Assembly (NCBI GenBank): GCA_948443805.1 | Contig: CAOJUB010000004.1 | Coordinates: forward strand, 13,881 to 77,880 | Origin: an uncultured Clostridia bacterium | GTDB taxonomy: Bacteria > Bacillota > Clostridia > Oscillospirales > UBA644 | DNA length: 64,000 nucleotides | Direction of reading: 5' to 3' | Shown here: positions 38,939-48,012 of the stretch, in pieces | Layout of the letters: every line of letters begins with the position of its first letter | Position numbering within the stretch: position 1 is the stretch's first letter | Translations under genes and position numbers: made by a program | The notes under the pieces: generated by a model | Databases searched by the model: none | Told to the model about the DNA's origin: nothing | What the model saw: only the letters and a program-made list of their open reading frames with translations

Positions 38939-39703
38939 ATGATATATCAAGTTGAAGGAAAAACAGCCGCGGAACTTTTCCGGAACTGGAATGAAACAAT
39001 GATTTGGTCGTGTCTGCAGGGCGTTATGGGTGAATTATATGCCGACAGCGGGGAATACCCAGAATCCGGCATGGCTGTGCTGGGAGATTTTTGTTTCTTC
39101 GCCGGAAAACCGAATCGGGAACTTGTTGCTTATAAACCGAAACATTACAAAAAAGACTTCATCATCATGACGGCCAATACACCGGAATGGTTCAGCCTGA
39201 TTGAATCGGTTTATCATAATAAAGCAAAAAAAACAATCCGGTATGCAACGGCAAAAGATACGGTATTTGATGATAAAAAATTAATGGATCTTGCCAAAAT
39301 AAAAAGAGAAGGTATCATCCTGCAACACCTAACCCCGGAATGGTTTGCCGAATGCAAACAACAGGACTGGAGCCGGGACTTTGTGGCATTATATGCCGAT
39401 TATAACGAATACCAGCGTCTCGGTGCGGTCGGCGTATTGGCCCTTCATAACGGCGTTCCCGTATCGGGTGCTTCCGCCTACAGCGCCTTTCAGAACGGAA
39501 TAGAAATTGAAATCGGAACACGGAAAGAATACCGACGACAAGGGTTAGCCACCGCCTGCGGTGCAAAACTGATTCTGGAATGCTTAAACCGGGGATGGTA
39601 TCCAAGCTGGGATGCGGCCAATCCCGCATCACTGGCTTTGGCAGAAAAATTGGGATATCGTTTGGAACATGAATATGTCGCTTACCAAATCTATGGTTAT
39701 TAA
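38939..39703 (+). CDS. GNAT-family N-acetyltransferase
   Basis: C-terminal acetyl-CoA motif RRQGLATACGAKLI and the overall GNAT_acetyltran-like layout. Confidence 0.8.
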   Translation: MIYQVEGKTAAELFRNWNETMIWSCLQGVMGELYADSGEYPESGMAVLGDFCFFAGKPNRELVAYKPKHYKKDFIIMTANTPEWFSLIESVYHNKAKKTIRYATAKDTVFDDKKLMDLAKIKREGIILQHLTPEWFAECKQQDWSRDFVALYADYNEYQRLGAVGVLALHNGVPVSGASAYSAFQNGIEIEIGTRKEYRRQGLATACGAKLILECLNRGWYPSWDAANPASLALAEKLGYRLEHEYVAYQIYGY

Positions 39704-39749
39704 CAAAGAAGATAAAGAAAAAATAAAAATAGACTGACGAGGGAAAAAG

Positions 39750-41102
39750 ATGAAAACAAAAACCGTTTACGTCTGCACCGAATGCGGCGCGGTCACACCG
39801 AAATGGAGCGGAAAATGCACTTCCTGCGGTGAATGGAATACACTGCAGGAAGAAATTCAGACCGCAGAGAAAAAAGCAGTGAAAAGTCCGAAAGTTTCTG
39901 TATTTTCAACACAGCCAATTCATATTTCACAGATTCCACAGGAAGAAGAAAACCGGATATTGACAGGAATCGCCGAATTTGACCGTGTTCTTGGCGGAGG
40001 CATTGTTCAGGGATCGCTGGTTTTGGTTAGTGGAGAACCGGGAATCGGAAAATCGACCATTCTTCTGCAGATTTGCGAACAAATCTGCCGCAACCGAACG
40101 GTTTTATATGTGTCGGGAGAAGAATCGCCCCGTCAGATTAAAATGCGGGCGGAACGGCTCGGCGTCATTTCGGAAAACCTGCTCATTCTGCCCCAAACAG
40201 ATATCCATGAAATTACGGCAAGAATTGAAACGGAATCGCCTGACATGGTCATCATCGATTCGATACAGACTATGGAAAAAGCGGAAGTTACTTCATCGCC
40301 GGGAAGTATCACACAGGTAAAAGAATGCACATCTGATCTGATGCGAACGGCAAAGACCACAGGCTGCCCGATTTTTATTGTCGGTCACGTCAATAAAGAG
40401 GGGTCTATTGCCGGACCAAAAGTTCTGGAACATATGGTGGATGCGGTTCTTTATTTTGAAGGGGAACGGTTTCTCGACTGCCGGATTCTCCGGGCGGTAA
40501 AAAACCGTTTCGGATCTACCAATGAAATCGGCGTTTTTGAAATGACGTCAAAAGGTCTTGTTGAGGTCGATAATCCCTCAAAACTATTCCTTCAGGGGAA
40601 GCCTGAAAATGTATCGGGAATCGCAACCGTTGGTGTTATGGAAGGAAGCCGGCCGATTATTGCGGAAATCCAGGCGCTCGTTACGCAAACACCCTTCCCT
40701 TCTCCGCGAAGAATCGCTTCCGGTTTTGACTATAACCGGCTCAACCTGATTATCGCCGTATTGGAAAAACGGTGCGGTTTCTTTTTCGGGAATTCCGACA
40801 CCTACCTGAACATCATCGGCGGTTTAAGAATTTCCGAACCGGCAGCGGATCTGGCGGTTGCCACAGCGCTGGCTTCCAGTCTGAAAGATTTCATTATTCC
40901 TTCTGATACGATATTGCTTGGCGAAATCGGCCTGGCAGGCGAAGTCCGAACCATTTCCGGACTGGAAAAACGGGTTCTGGAAGCAGAAAAGCTTGGTTAC
41001 ACCCGATGTATTGTTCCGAAGAAGAATAAAATCACCGGTTTTGATTCACAAGCTGAGATTATCGGCGTTTCCAATTTGCGGGAAGTATTCTCAAAAATTT
41101 AA
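39750..41102 (+). CDS. radA: DNA repair protein RadA
   Basis: N-terminal zinc finger CTECG...CTSCGEWN, Walker A GEPGIGKST, KNRFG motif, Lon-like C-terminus. Confidence 0.97.
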   Translation: MKTKTVYVCTECGAVTPKWSGKCTSCGEWNTLQEEIQTAEKKAVKSPKVSVFSTQPIHISQIPQEEENRILTGIAEFDRVLGGGIVQGSLVLVSGEPGIGKSTILLQICEQICRNRTVLYVSGEESPRQIKMRAERLGVISENLLILPQTDIHEITARIETESPDMVIIDSIQTMEKAEVTSSPGSITQVKECTSDLMRTAKTTGCPIFIVGHVNKEGSIAGPKVLEHMVDAVLYFEGERFLDCRILRAVKNRFGSTNEIGVFEMTSKGLVEVDNPSKLFLQGKPENVSGIATVGVMEGSRPIIAEIQALVTQTPFPSPRRIASGFDYNRLNLIIAVLEKRCGFFFGNSDTYLNIIGGLRISEPAADLAVATALASSLKDFIIPSDTILLGEIGLAGEVRTISGLEKRVLEAEKLGYTRCIVPKKNKITGFDSQAEIIGVSNLREVFSKI

Positions 41103-41135
41103 AAAGTCTCACTATAAAAGAACGGAGATGTCTCT

Positions 41136-41804
41136 TTGAAGAAGGCTGTTATTTTCGACATGTTTGAAACTCTCATCACCCATTATCAGACGCCCCTCTA
41201 TTTTGGTTCGCAAATGGCTCATGATGCTAAAATTCCGGAAGAAAAATTTCAAAAACTCTGGCATGAATCAGAACGGGACAGAACAATCGGAAAAATAGCA
41301 TTTGAAGATATCCTGGAACGGATTCTGAAAGAAAATCATCGGTATTCTTTTTCGCTCTTTCAGGAAATCATCCAAAAACGGACGGAAACAAAACGGAATT
41401 GCTTTTGTCATCTTCATCCAGAAATTCTTCCTATGCTTTCGAAACTAAAAAAACAAAAAACAGCCACCGGCCTTATCAGCAACTGTTTTTCCGAAGAAGC
41501 AACCATAATCCGTGAAAGCTGCCTTTTCCCCTATTTTGACGCCGTTTGCCTTTCTTATGAAGAAGGAACTCAGAAACCGGAAGAAGAAATTTACACCCGA
41601 TGTATGAAAAGACTTTCGGTTCATGCAGCAGAATGCCTTTATGTAGGCGACGGCGGAAGCCGAGAATTGGAAACCGCTGAAAAATTAGGGATGACGGCTT
41701 TACAGGCCGTATGGTATTTGCAGGAAGATTTTTCCCGGCAAACCCGGAGAAATCCTGCTTTTTTGCAGATAGAAAAACCGCTGGACATTTTATTGTATTG
41801 CTGA
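41136..41804 (+). CDS. HAD-superfamily hydrolase
   Basis: Motif I VIFDMFETL, motif II SN, motif IV GDGGSRE. TTG start after GGAG. Confidence 0.85.
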   Translation: MKKAVIFDMFETLITHYQTPLYFGSQMAHDAKIPEEKFQKLWHESERDRTIGKIAFEDILERILKENHRYSFSLFQEIIQKRTETKRNCFCHLHPEILPMLSKLKKQKTATGLISNCFSEEATIIRESCLFPYFDAVCLSYEEGTQKPEEEIYTRCMKRLSVHAAECLYVGDGGSRELETAEKLGMTALQAVWYLQEDFSRQTRRNPAFLQIEKPLDILLYC

Positions 41805-41823
41805 GAGTGAGGAGCAGAAAAGT

Positions 41824-42615
41824 ATGATATATAGGCTGGATTCTTTTGAGGAAACTTCCATCAATCCTGTCACCGGCACATCTTACGATTTCTCCTGGCT
41901 TATTTTTATTTTAAACAATGAATCTTATTCTATAATGTGCGGCAGCCGAAATCAATGCGCCTATACCTTAAAAGTAAGCAAACAATACAAATACTGGAAA
42001 ATGTCTCTGGGAGATTTTATCAACTGGAACGAAAAAGAGAATAAAAATAGCATTCTTGTTGCATCAAAAGAAGATTACGAAGCCGCAATGGAAGAATACC
42101 GCGGGCATCACTGCAACGACCCTTTTCTGCGGCCTTATGAACCTCCGGTTATGGTTCACAGCACAACAAAAGAAAATTACAACAGAATCCAAAAATGCGG
42201 ATGCTTAAAAAGCTGGAATCTTCTAAAAAAAGAAAACGGTATTCAAGAAAAATTTCCAATCGGGTCTCTTCTGGGCGATCCTCCGGATTTCAGCAACTAT
42301 ATTCTTTTCGGCAGCGGGATAACCGGTGAAATTGTCGTGAATTCCAAACAAAACCATCAATTGATTTATCAGGACGATATCCCCTATCAAACAGGAGCAA
42401 GATATTATTTTGACATGGAAAAAATTGCGGCAAACGGCCTGCTTTACCGTGACGGCGGAACAATAAAAGTAAAAGACGTCTTGCCTTTGCAACCCTATTT
42501 AATCTGGATATCGACCTGGGACAAAATCGGACTGCAAAATGAAATTTCGACACCAAAAATTTTTGCAGAAACATCGGATTCTTTTTTTCGGAAACATTAC
42601 CGAAAGGATTTTTAG
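41824..42615 (+). CDS. Hypothetical protein (263 aa)
   Basis: Intact ORF 19 nt after the HAD gene stop. No family recognised with confidence. Confidence 0.65.
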   Translation: MIYRLDSFEETSINPVTGTSYDFSWLIFILNNESYSIMCGSRNQCAYTLKVSKQYKYWKMSLGDFINWNEKENKNSILVASKEDYEAAMEEYRGHHCNDPFLRPYEPPVMVHSTTKENYNRIQKCGCLKSWNLLKKENGIQEKFPIGSLLGDPPDFSNYILFGSGITGEIVVNSKQNHQLIYQDDIPYQTGARYYFDMEKIAANGLLYRDGGTIKVKDVLPLQPYLIWISTWDKIGLQNEISTPKIFAETSDSFFRKHYRKDF

Positions 42616-42701
42616 TCTCTTCCAATTAAAATAAAACTGAAATAAAAACCAGTATAATCACACATCGATCATCAATAATAAAAATCGGAGTGTGATTTTT
42701 T

Positions 42702-43202
42702 ATGCTTGAAAAACGAAAAAAGAAGATTGATATCAAAAATCTTTCCATCAATATCTTAATTCCGCTTTGTATCGGCGCAATATCCGGGTTTCTTTGTATG
42801 GACGGAATGAAGATGTATCCGTATCTGAATAAATCAGCGATTGCACCGCCGGCAATGATCTTTCCGTTGGTCTGGTTCGTTCTGTATATTTTAATGGGAA
42901 TATCGGCTTATGTGATATCCGGATCAAGATTATCGGTAAAAAAACAAAAAAAGCATAAAGACAGAAGTATGAGTATCTATGCTCTACAGCTTGCCGTCAA
43001 TTTTTTCTGGCCCATTCTCTTTTTCAATTCGCAAAATTATCTTTTTGCCTTTTTCTGGCTTGTTCTTCTGCTTGTTCTTGTTTGCTGGATGACGGCAGAA
43101 TTCTGGAGGATCGAACAATCGGCGGCCTATCTTCAAATTCCCTATATTGTGTGGCTCATTTTTGCAGGATATCTGAATTTTACAATTTATGCAATGAACT
43201 AG
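42702..43202 (+). CDS. tspO: TspO/MBR-family tryptophan-rich sensory protein
   Basis: Five TM helices. LQLAVNFFWPILFF and W-rich motifs. Confidence 0.85.
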   Translation: MLEKRKKKIDIKNLSINILIPLCIGAISGFLCMDGMKMYPYLNKSAIAPPAMIFPLVWFVLYILMGISAYVISGSRLSVKKQKKHKDRSMSIYALQLAVNFFWPILFFNSQNYLFAFFWLVLLLVLVCWMTAEFWRIEQSAAYLQIPYIVWLIFAGYLNFTIYAMN

Positions 43203-43221
43203 CCCCCCCCCGAAAAAACGA

Positions 43222-43254
43222 AAGAATCCGGCTTGTCCAAGCCGGATTCTTTTC
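43222..43254. terminator. Bidirectional hairpin terminator
   Basis: AAGAATCCGGCTT / AAGCCGGATTCTT 13-bp stem with a 4-nt loop. T-rich on both sides. Confidence 0.8.
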
Positions 43255-43256
43255 AT

Positions 43257-44003
43257 TTAATCATTGAAAACAAATTTCAGGACATCCGGAAGCACCCGGT
43301 CCCAAAGTCCCCATTCATGTGTTCCTTCAACCTCATGATATTCAAGCGGGATGTTCCGCTCCTGAAGATAACGGCTGAATTTCCGGTTATCTTCCAATAA
43401 AAGATCGCTGATACCGCACATCTGATACAAACGGGGAAACGGTTTTCCAGCCTGAATCAGCCGGTCGGCAAGGGCAAATAGATCAGCATCCGAACCTGGC
43501 ATGGTTTTACAATAATCGTCACCCCAAATCGGACGTGCAAAATCAGCATTCTCTTCATCGGAGAGAGCGGCGCAGATATTGGTCACCCCCGACAGGCTTG
43601 CCGCAGCCCCAAAAATATCCGGATTTCGCAGAGCAAGCATAAACGCGCCGTAACCGCCCATAGAAATTCCGGCGACAAAAGTATCTTCCGGCCGTTCGGA
43701 CAAATGGAACATCCGGCGGGTCTGCGGAATCAATTCGTTTATAATATAGGAATAATACGGTTTTCCGACCGCCATATCGGTATAAAAACTATTTTCCCCG
43801 TCAGGGCAGATCAGCGCCGCAGTATGACTTCTGATATACCGTTCCGCACTGGTTCTGCGAAACCAGGTCGTGCAATCATCGCCCATTCCATGCAGCAGAT
43901 AAAGAGTTTTCACATTGTCCTCAGCATACTCCGGCAAATAGACATTAAACCTTGTTTCATGCCCTAAAAGATATGATGGACAGTTACAGGTAAACATTGC
44001 CAT
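43257..44003 (-). CDS. Esterase-family protein (putative esterase / esterase-D-like)
   Basis: LLHGMG... and nucleophile elbow GISMGG. Confidence 0.85.
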   Translation of the reverse strand: MAMFTCNCPSYLLGHETRFNVYLPEYAEDNVKTLYLLHGMGDDCTTWFRRTSAERYIRSHTAALICPDGENSFYTDMAVGKPYYSYIINELIPQTRRMFHLSERPEDTFVAGISMGGYGAFMLALRNPDIFGAAASLSGVTNICAALSDEENADFARPIWGDDYCKTMPGSDADLFALADRLIQAGKPFPRLYQMCGISDLLLEDNRKFSRYLQERNIPLEYHEVEGTHEWGLWDRVLPDVLKFVFND

Positions 44004-44029
44004 AATAAAACCGCCTTTCCGTTATGTCT

Positions 44030-44785
44030 TTATTCCACTATTACATCCGTATCCCAGGATATAAGTACCGAATCCTGTACTTCGGCAGCATTAAAACGAT
44101 AATGACCGGTGGGTTCCGCTATGGATAAATAATTTTCTTCTCGGTTCAGCTGACCTCCGTTATGAATAATATAGGCTTTACCGTCCCGGCTCCTTTGATC
44201 CGAAACAATCCCGATATGGGTATCATCGCCGAAGATTACGATATCACCCGGCTGCCAGGAGGAAAGATCATCCGGATCAACGGGTAACGGCTGGGCATAT
44301 TTCTGAAAAAACACCCGCAGGTTTTTTACCCGGCGAAAATCAATGTTCCGATCCCTTACGGAAACATTAGGATAGTCCTCCGGAAATCTTTCGATATCCT
44401 GATCGACCATATCGCGTAAAGAATATCCGGCCTGCCGAAAAGCGCGCCAAACAACATCGGTGCAAACGCCGATCTCTTTCGGCGGATATCCCTGCGGCCA
44501 GTAACGGTCATCGTATTTCGGATGATTTTCCGCATCTTCCCTTGCCCCGTAAAGCATATCCGTATAGTCATCTATCCCATTCTGGTTCCGGTCACAGGAA
44601 GAATAGATTCTCTCTATCCCCAAATCTTCCATGGACTGAGAATGAACAAAAAAATGATACCATCCAAAAACAAACGCAAGAATCAAAAGAAAAAGAAAAA
44701 TCAGAAGAAAAATGAAAATTTTTTTATTTTGCTGAAAGCTGTGATCCGTTTTCAGTTCCGGATGCCGCCGAAGACGCAACGTCAA
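44030..44785 (-). CDS. DUF1287-domain membrane-anchored protein
   Basis: TM anchor plus GVCTDVVWRAFRQAGY...PGDIVIF...HIGIV motifs. TTG start 8 nt after GAGGGTG. Overlaps the capD-like 3' end by 62 nt. Confidence 0.75.
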   Translation of the reverse strand: MTLRLRRHPELKTDHSFQQNKKIFIFLLIFLFLLILAFVFGWYHFFVHSQSMEDLGIERIYSSCDRNQNGIDDYTDMLYGAREDAENHPKYDDRYWPQGYPPKEIGVCTDVVWRAFRQAGYSLRDMVDQDIERFPEDYPNVSVRDRNIDFRRVKNLRVFFQKYAQPLPVDPDDLSSWQPGDIVIFGDDTHIGIVSDQRSRDGKAYIIHNGGQLNREENYLSIAEPTGHYRFNAAEVQDSVLISWDTDVIVE

Positions 44786-46721
44786 AAGTTTTCACCCTCT
44801 CCTGTTCGCTTTGAGAAGCAGTATGATAAGTGGGAACGATTTTATTCAACATTGTTTTAATATCTCCGCCGTCACTGTAAGCCAGTTCCTTCAGTGTTTT
44901 CAGGTCGTTCATCAAAACATCTTCATCCAGCTTAATCGGATGACCGATAAAAATCCGATTGTTTGAAGTCTTCGTCAGCCCCTCTTCGTCCATCAGCATT
45001 TCTTCATACAGCTTTTCTCCGGGACGCAGACCGGTAAACTGAATATCAATATCGATATACGGTTTAAAACCGGAAAGCCGGATCAGGTTTTCAGCAAGGT
45101 CAACAATTTTTACCGGTTTCCCCATATCAAGAACAAAGATTTCCCCACCCTTTGCAAAGGCGCCGGCCTGCAAAACAAGAGAAACCGCTTCGGGAATCGT
45201 CATAAAATAACGGATGATGTCCGGATGGGTAACCGTAACCGGACCGCCTTCTTTGATCTGCCGTTTAAAAAGAGGAATCACACTCCCGTTACTTCCCAAA
45301 ACATTTCCAAACCGAACGGCGACAAATTCTGTTTTTGATTTTTTATTATAGGTCTGAACAATCATTTCACAGATCCGCTTGGTCGTCCCCATAATATTGG
45401 TCGGGTTTACCGCTTTATCGGTAGAAATCATAACAAACCGGGAAACCTGATACGAATCGGCCGCAGCGACTACGTTCAGGGTACCAAAAACATTGTTTTT
45501 CACCGCTTCTTTCGGAGAATCCTCCATTAAGGGAACATGCTTATGCGCCGCCGCATGATAGACAATATCCGGACGGTGAGCGGCAAATACCTGGTTGACA
45601 CGGTCCGCATCCCGTACCGAGCCGATCAGCACAGCCAGATCCAACTCCGGATGAGACGATTTTAATTCATTCTGTATATCATATGCGTTATTTTCATAGA
45701 TATCAAATATAATGAGTTTTTTAGGCGAATTCTCCGCCAACTGCCGACATAACTCACTGCCGATAGAACCTCCACCGCCGGTAACAAGAACCGTCTTGTT
45801 CTTTACATATTTCATAACGCTGTCAAGTTCCGTCGTAATCGGTTCCCGGCCTAACAGATCGTTGATATCAACTTTTCTTACCGACTGTATAGTAACGGCG
45901 CCGTCGATAAGCTGATAAAGACCGGGAACGGTCTTCAGCTCACAATCTGTCTGATTGCAGATTTCCAGCAAATCCGCCTTTTCTTTTTGAGTAAGCGAAG
46001 GAATGGCAATGATAATTTCATCGACTTTATATTTTTCAACCACGCTGCAAATACTGTCTCTTGTCCCGAGAACGGTAACGCCGTTGATAGCCTGTCCCTG
46101 CACATTTTTATCATCATCAATAAAACCGACAATTTCCATTGTGCTGCGCAGCGCCGTAGAATTAATTTCCCGAAGAAGCATATTCCCAGCCTTTCCGGCG
46201 CCGATAATAAGAAGGCGACGCTTTTCGACATCAGGCATTTCTTCCGGATCATGCTTTTTTCGAAGCTGTAAAAGCGCAATTACTTTCAAAATAACCCGAA
46301 TCCCAACCGTAGCGCAGGAAGCCGTCATCATCGAAATCAAATAGCAACTCAGCGGCAGACGGCAGTCAAAAAAATGATCCAATAGCAAGCTGCCGGCAAG
46401 ATGCAAAATAGAAAGAATAAAGTTTGCAAAAACAAGAAAACCCCATTCCCGCACATCGGCAAACCGCCACATATTTTTATAAATGCCAAACAGCCAGAAA
46501 ACGGCAATAACCGTTAACGTATAAAACGGAATATAAGCAAAATAACTGTTCAGATATTCTCCCAAAATCCGGGATTCATCGATGGAACGAACCCAAAGAG
46601 AAAAAAATACAGAGAAATTCAGAAGAAGAATGTCAAGAATCATATAGAGTACTACCCTTATTTTTCCTAATCTTCCCCCGGATTCAATATTTAAAAAAGT
46701 AGCTGATTTTTCGTTTTTCAT
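44724..46721 (-). CDS. Membrane-bound polysaccharide biosynthesis protein CapD/EpsC/PglF-like (NDP-sugar 4,6-dehydratase)
   Basis: Four N-terminal TM helices, two Rossmann motifs (IIGAGKAG, VTGGGGSIG) and an SDR core (AAHKHVP). Confidence 0.9.
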   Translation of the reverse strand: MKNEKSATFLNIESGGRLGKIRVVLYMILDILLLNFSVFFSLWVRSIDESRILGEYLNSYFAYIPFYTLTVIAVFWLFGIYKNMWRFADVREWGFLVFANFILSILHLAGSLLLDHFFDCRLPLSCYLISMMTASCATVGIRVILKVIALLQLRKKHDPEEMPDVEKRRLLIIGAGKAGNMLLREINSTALRSTMEIVGFIDDDKNVQGQAINGVTVLGTRDSICSVVEKYKVDEIIIAIPSLTQKEKADLLEICNQTDCELKTVPGLYQLIDGAVTIQSVRKVDINDLLGREPITTELDSVMKYVKNKTVLVTGGGGSIGSELCRQLAENSPKKLIIFDIYENNAYDIQNELKSSHPELDLAVLIGSVRDADRVNQVFAAHRPDIVYHAAAHKHVPLMEDSPKEAVKNNVFGTLNVVAAADSYQVSRFVMISTDKAVNPTNIMGTTKRICEMIVQTYNKKSKTEFVAVRFGNVLGSNGSVIPLFKRQIKEGGPVTVTHPDIIRYFMTIPEAVSLVLQAGAFAKGGEIFVLDMGKPVKIVDLAENLIRLSGFKPYIDIDIQFTGLRPGEKLYEEMLMDEEGLTKTSNNRIFIGHPIKLDEDVLMNDLKTLKELAYSDGGDIKTMLNKIVPTYHTASQSEQERVKTFDVASSAASGTENGSQLSAK

Positions 46722-46785
46722 TAACAATATCACTCCGCGGTTAGAATCGTTCGGCTCAGAAATCTTTACTCTGAGACAGGTTCTT

Positions 46786-48012
46786 TTACCGGTTCAGATG
46801 AACCAAATGGCGAACCTGAAATCCGTAATTTTTTAAATGTGCCAGGTCGACCTGTGTTTGCTCGACTGTTGAATCGTTTTGATCAAAGAAAAAGACCGTG
46901 GTTTCAGTATATTTTTTCATATACCGATGATCCGCAACATCTCGCGCCGAACCGGCGACAAAAACAGAATCAAACTCTTCGGAAAGCAGCCTAAATATTT
47001 CCTCCGGTATTTTTCCATCCGATGCTATATCGGAAAAACTGGCCAAAAACAGAGGACTATTATCCAATTGCCAAACAGGAATCTTCTTTTCGGTCAGAGT
47101 AACAGATTTCAGCTTTTTCTCATTCCATTTTTCATCCGTCAGATTCACCAGAAGCGTTTTCTTTTTCTTTCCGGCAAAAAATAACGCAATATCTTTAAAA
47201 ATTCTCTTCGGAGAATGTCTTTCCCCCCAGATTCCGGTCAATAAAACATATTTTTCTCCGGAATCCAGCAGTTCATGAGACATCTGCATAAGAGGGATTG
47301 TATAACTTCCGGAAGAAACATCGCCCCTTGGCCGCGGAAGCAGGCACACGGAACAGTCTTTATCCAAAGACGCCAGAAAAGCGGTAAAATTACCGTCCCG
47401 CAACAAAGCATGCAGCCAGGTAATAACAGCAGACAATACAAATCCAAATAAAAGAATCAAAATGAAAACTTTTGTGGAATAAAGAATATTCGATTCGGTA
47501 TTTTTGATATCGCCGGGAGATATCAGGCAAAAGCCGATAATTTTTTCCGCATGTTTTTCAAAAAGCGAAACGCTATCTTTTAAAAACTGTTCCGCCAGTT
47601 CCGCTTCCGAAGAAGAAACAGAAAAACGCAACGAAGTTTTGTCCGCAAGAACTTCCACCGATATTTTCGGACGGTTTTCGGTTTCTGAAATCTCCAAAAC
47701 ATCAGAATAGAAAGCATCGCTTTCCAGATATTCCTGAACGACTTCCATAATGGCCTTCATAGAATCCTGACCGTATAGGAATTCCAGATTATTCCCGCCG
47801 ACCGTTGCCACATCGGAAGTTTTCAAAGAAACCTGAACCACCATTTCAGAAGTATATGTCATATTGTAGTGCGCTTTTTTCATGAAAAACAAAGTGCCTA
47901 CAGCAAGAAGTCCGATCAATATTCCAAGCCAACCGATTTTTTTAAAAGAATCCCAATATAAAGAAATCTGGCGGTTCAAGGCTGTAATATCACGATCCGA
48001 TCGTTCTTTCAT
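46786..48012 (-). CDS. Wzz-type polysaccharide co-polymerase fused to a strongly degenerate BY-kinase/ParA-like domain
   Basis: TM - extracytoplasmic domain - TM, then a ~200-aa cytoplasmic domain with P-loop-fold topology but GIWGERHS in place of Walker A. AAGGAGGTGA RBS. ATGA overlap with the upstream gene. Confidence 0.65.
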   Translation of the reverse strand: MKERSDRDITALNRQISLYWDSFKKIGWLGILIGLLAVGTLFFMKKAHYNMTYTSEMVVQVSLKTSDVATVGGNNLEFLYGQDSMKAIMEVVQEYLESDAFYSDVLEISETENRPKISVEVLADKTSLRFSVSSSEAELAEQFLKDSVSLFEKHAEKIIGFCLISPGDIKNTESNILYSTKVFILILLFGFVLSAVITWLHALLRDGNFTAFLASLDKDCSVCLLPRPRGDVSSGSYTIPLMQMSHELLDSGEKYVLLTGIWGERHSPKRIFKDIALFFAGKKKKTLLVNLTDEKWNEKKLKSVTLTEKKIPVWQLDNSPLFLASFSDIASDGKIPEEIFRLLSEEFDSVFVAGSARDVADHRYMKKYTETTVFFFDQNDSTVEQTQVDLAHLKNYGFQVRHLVHLNR

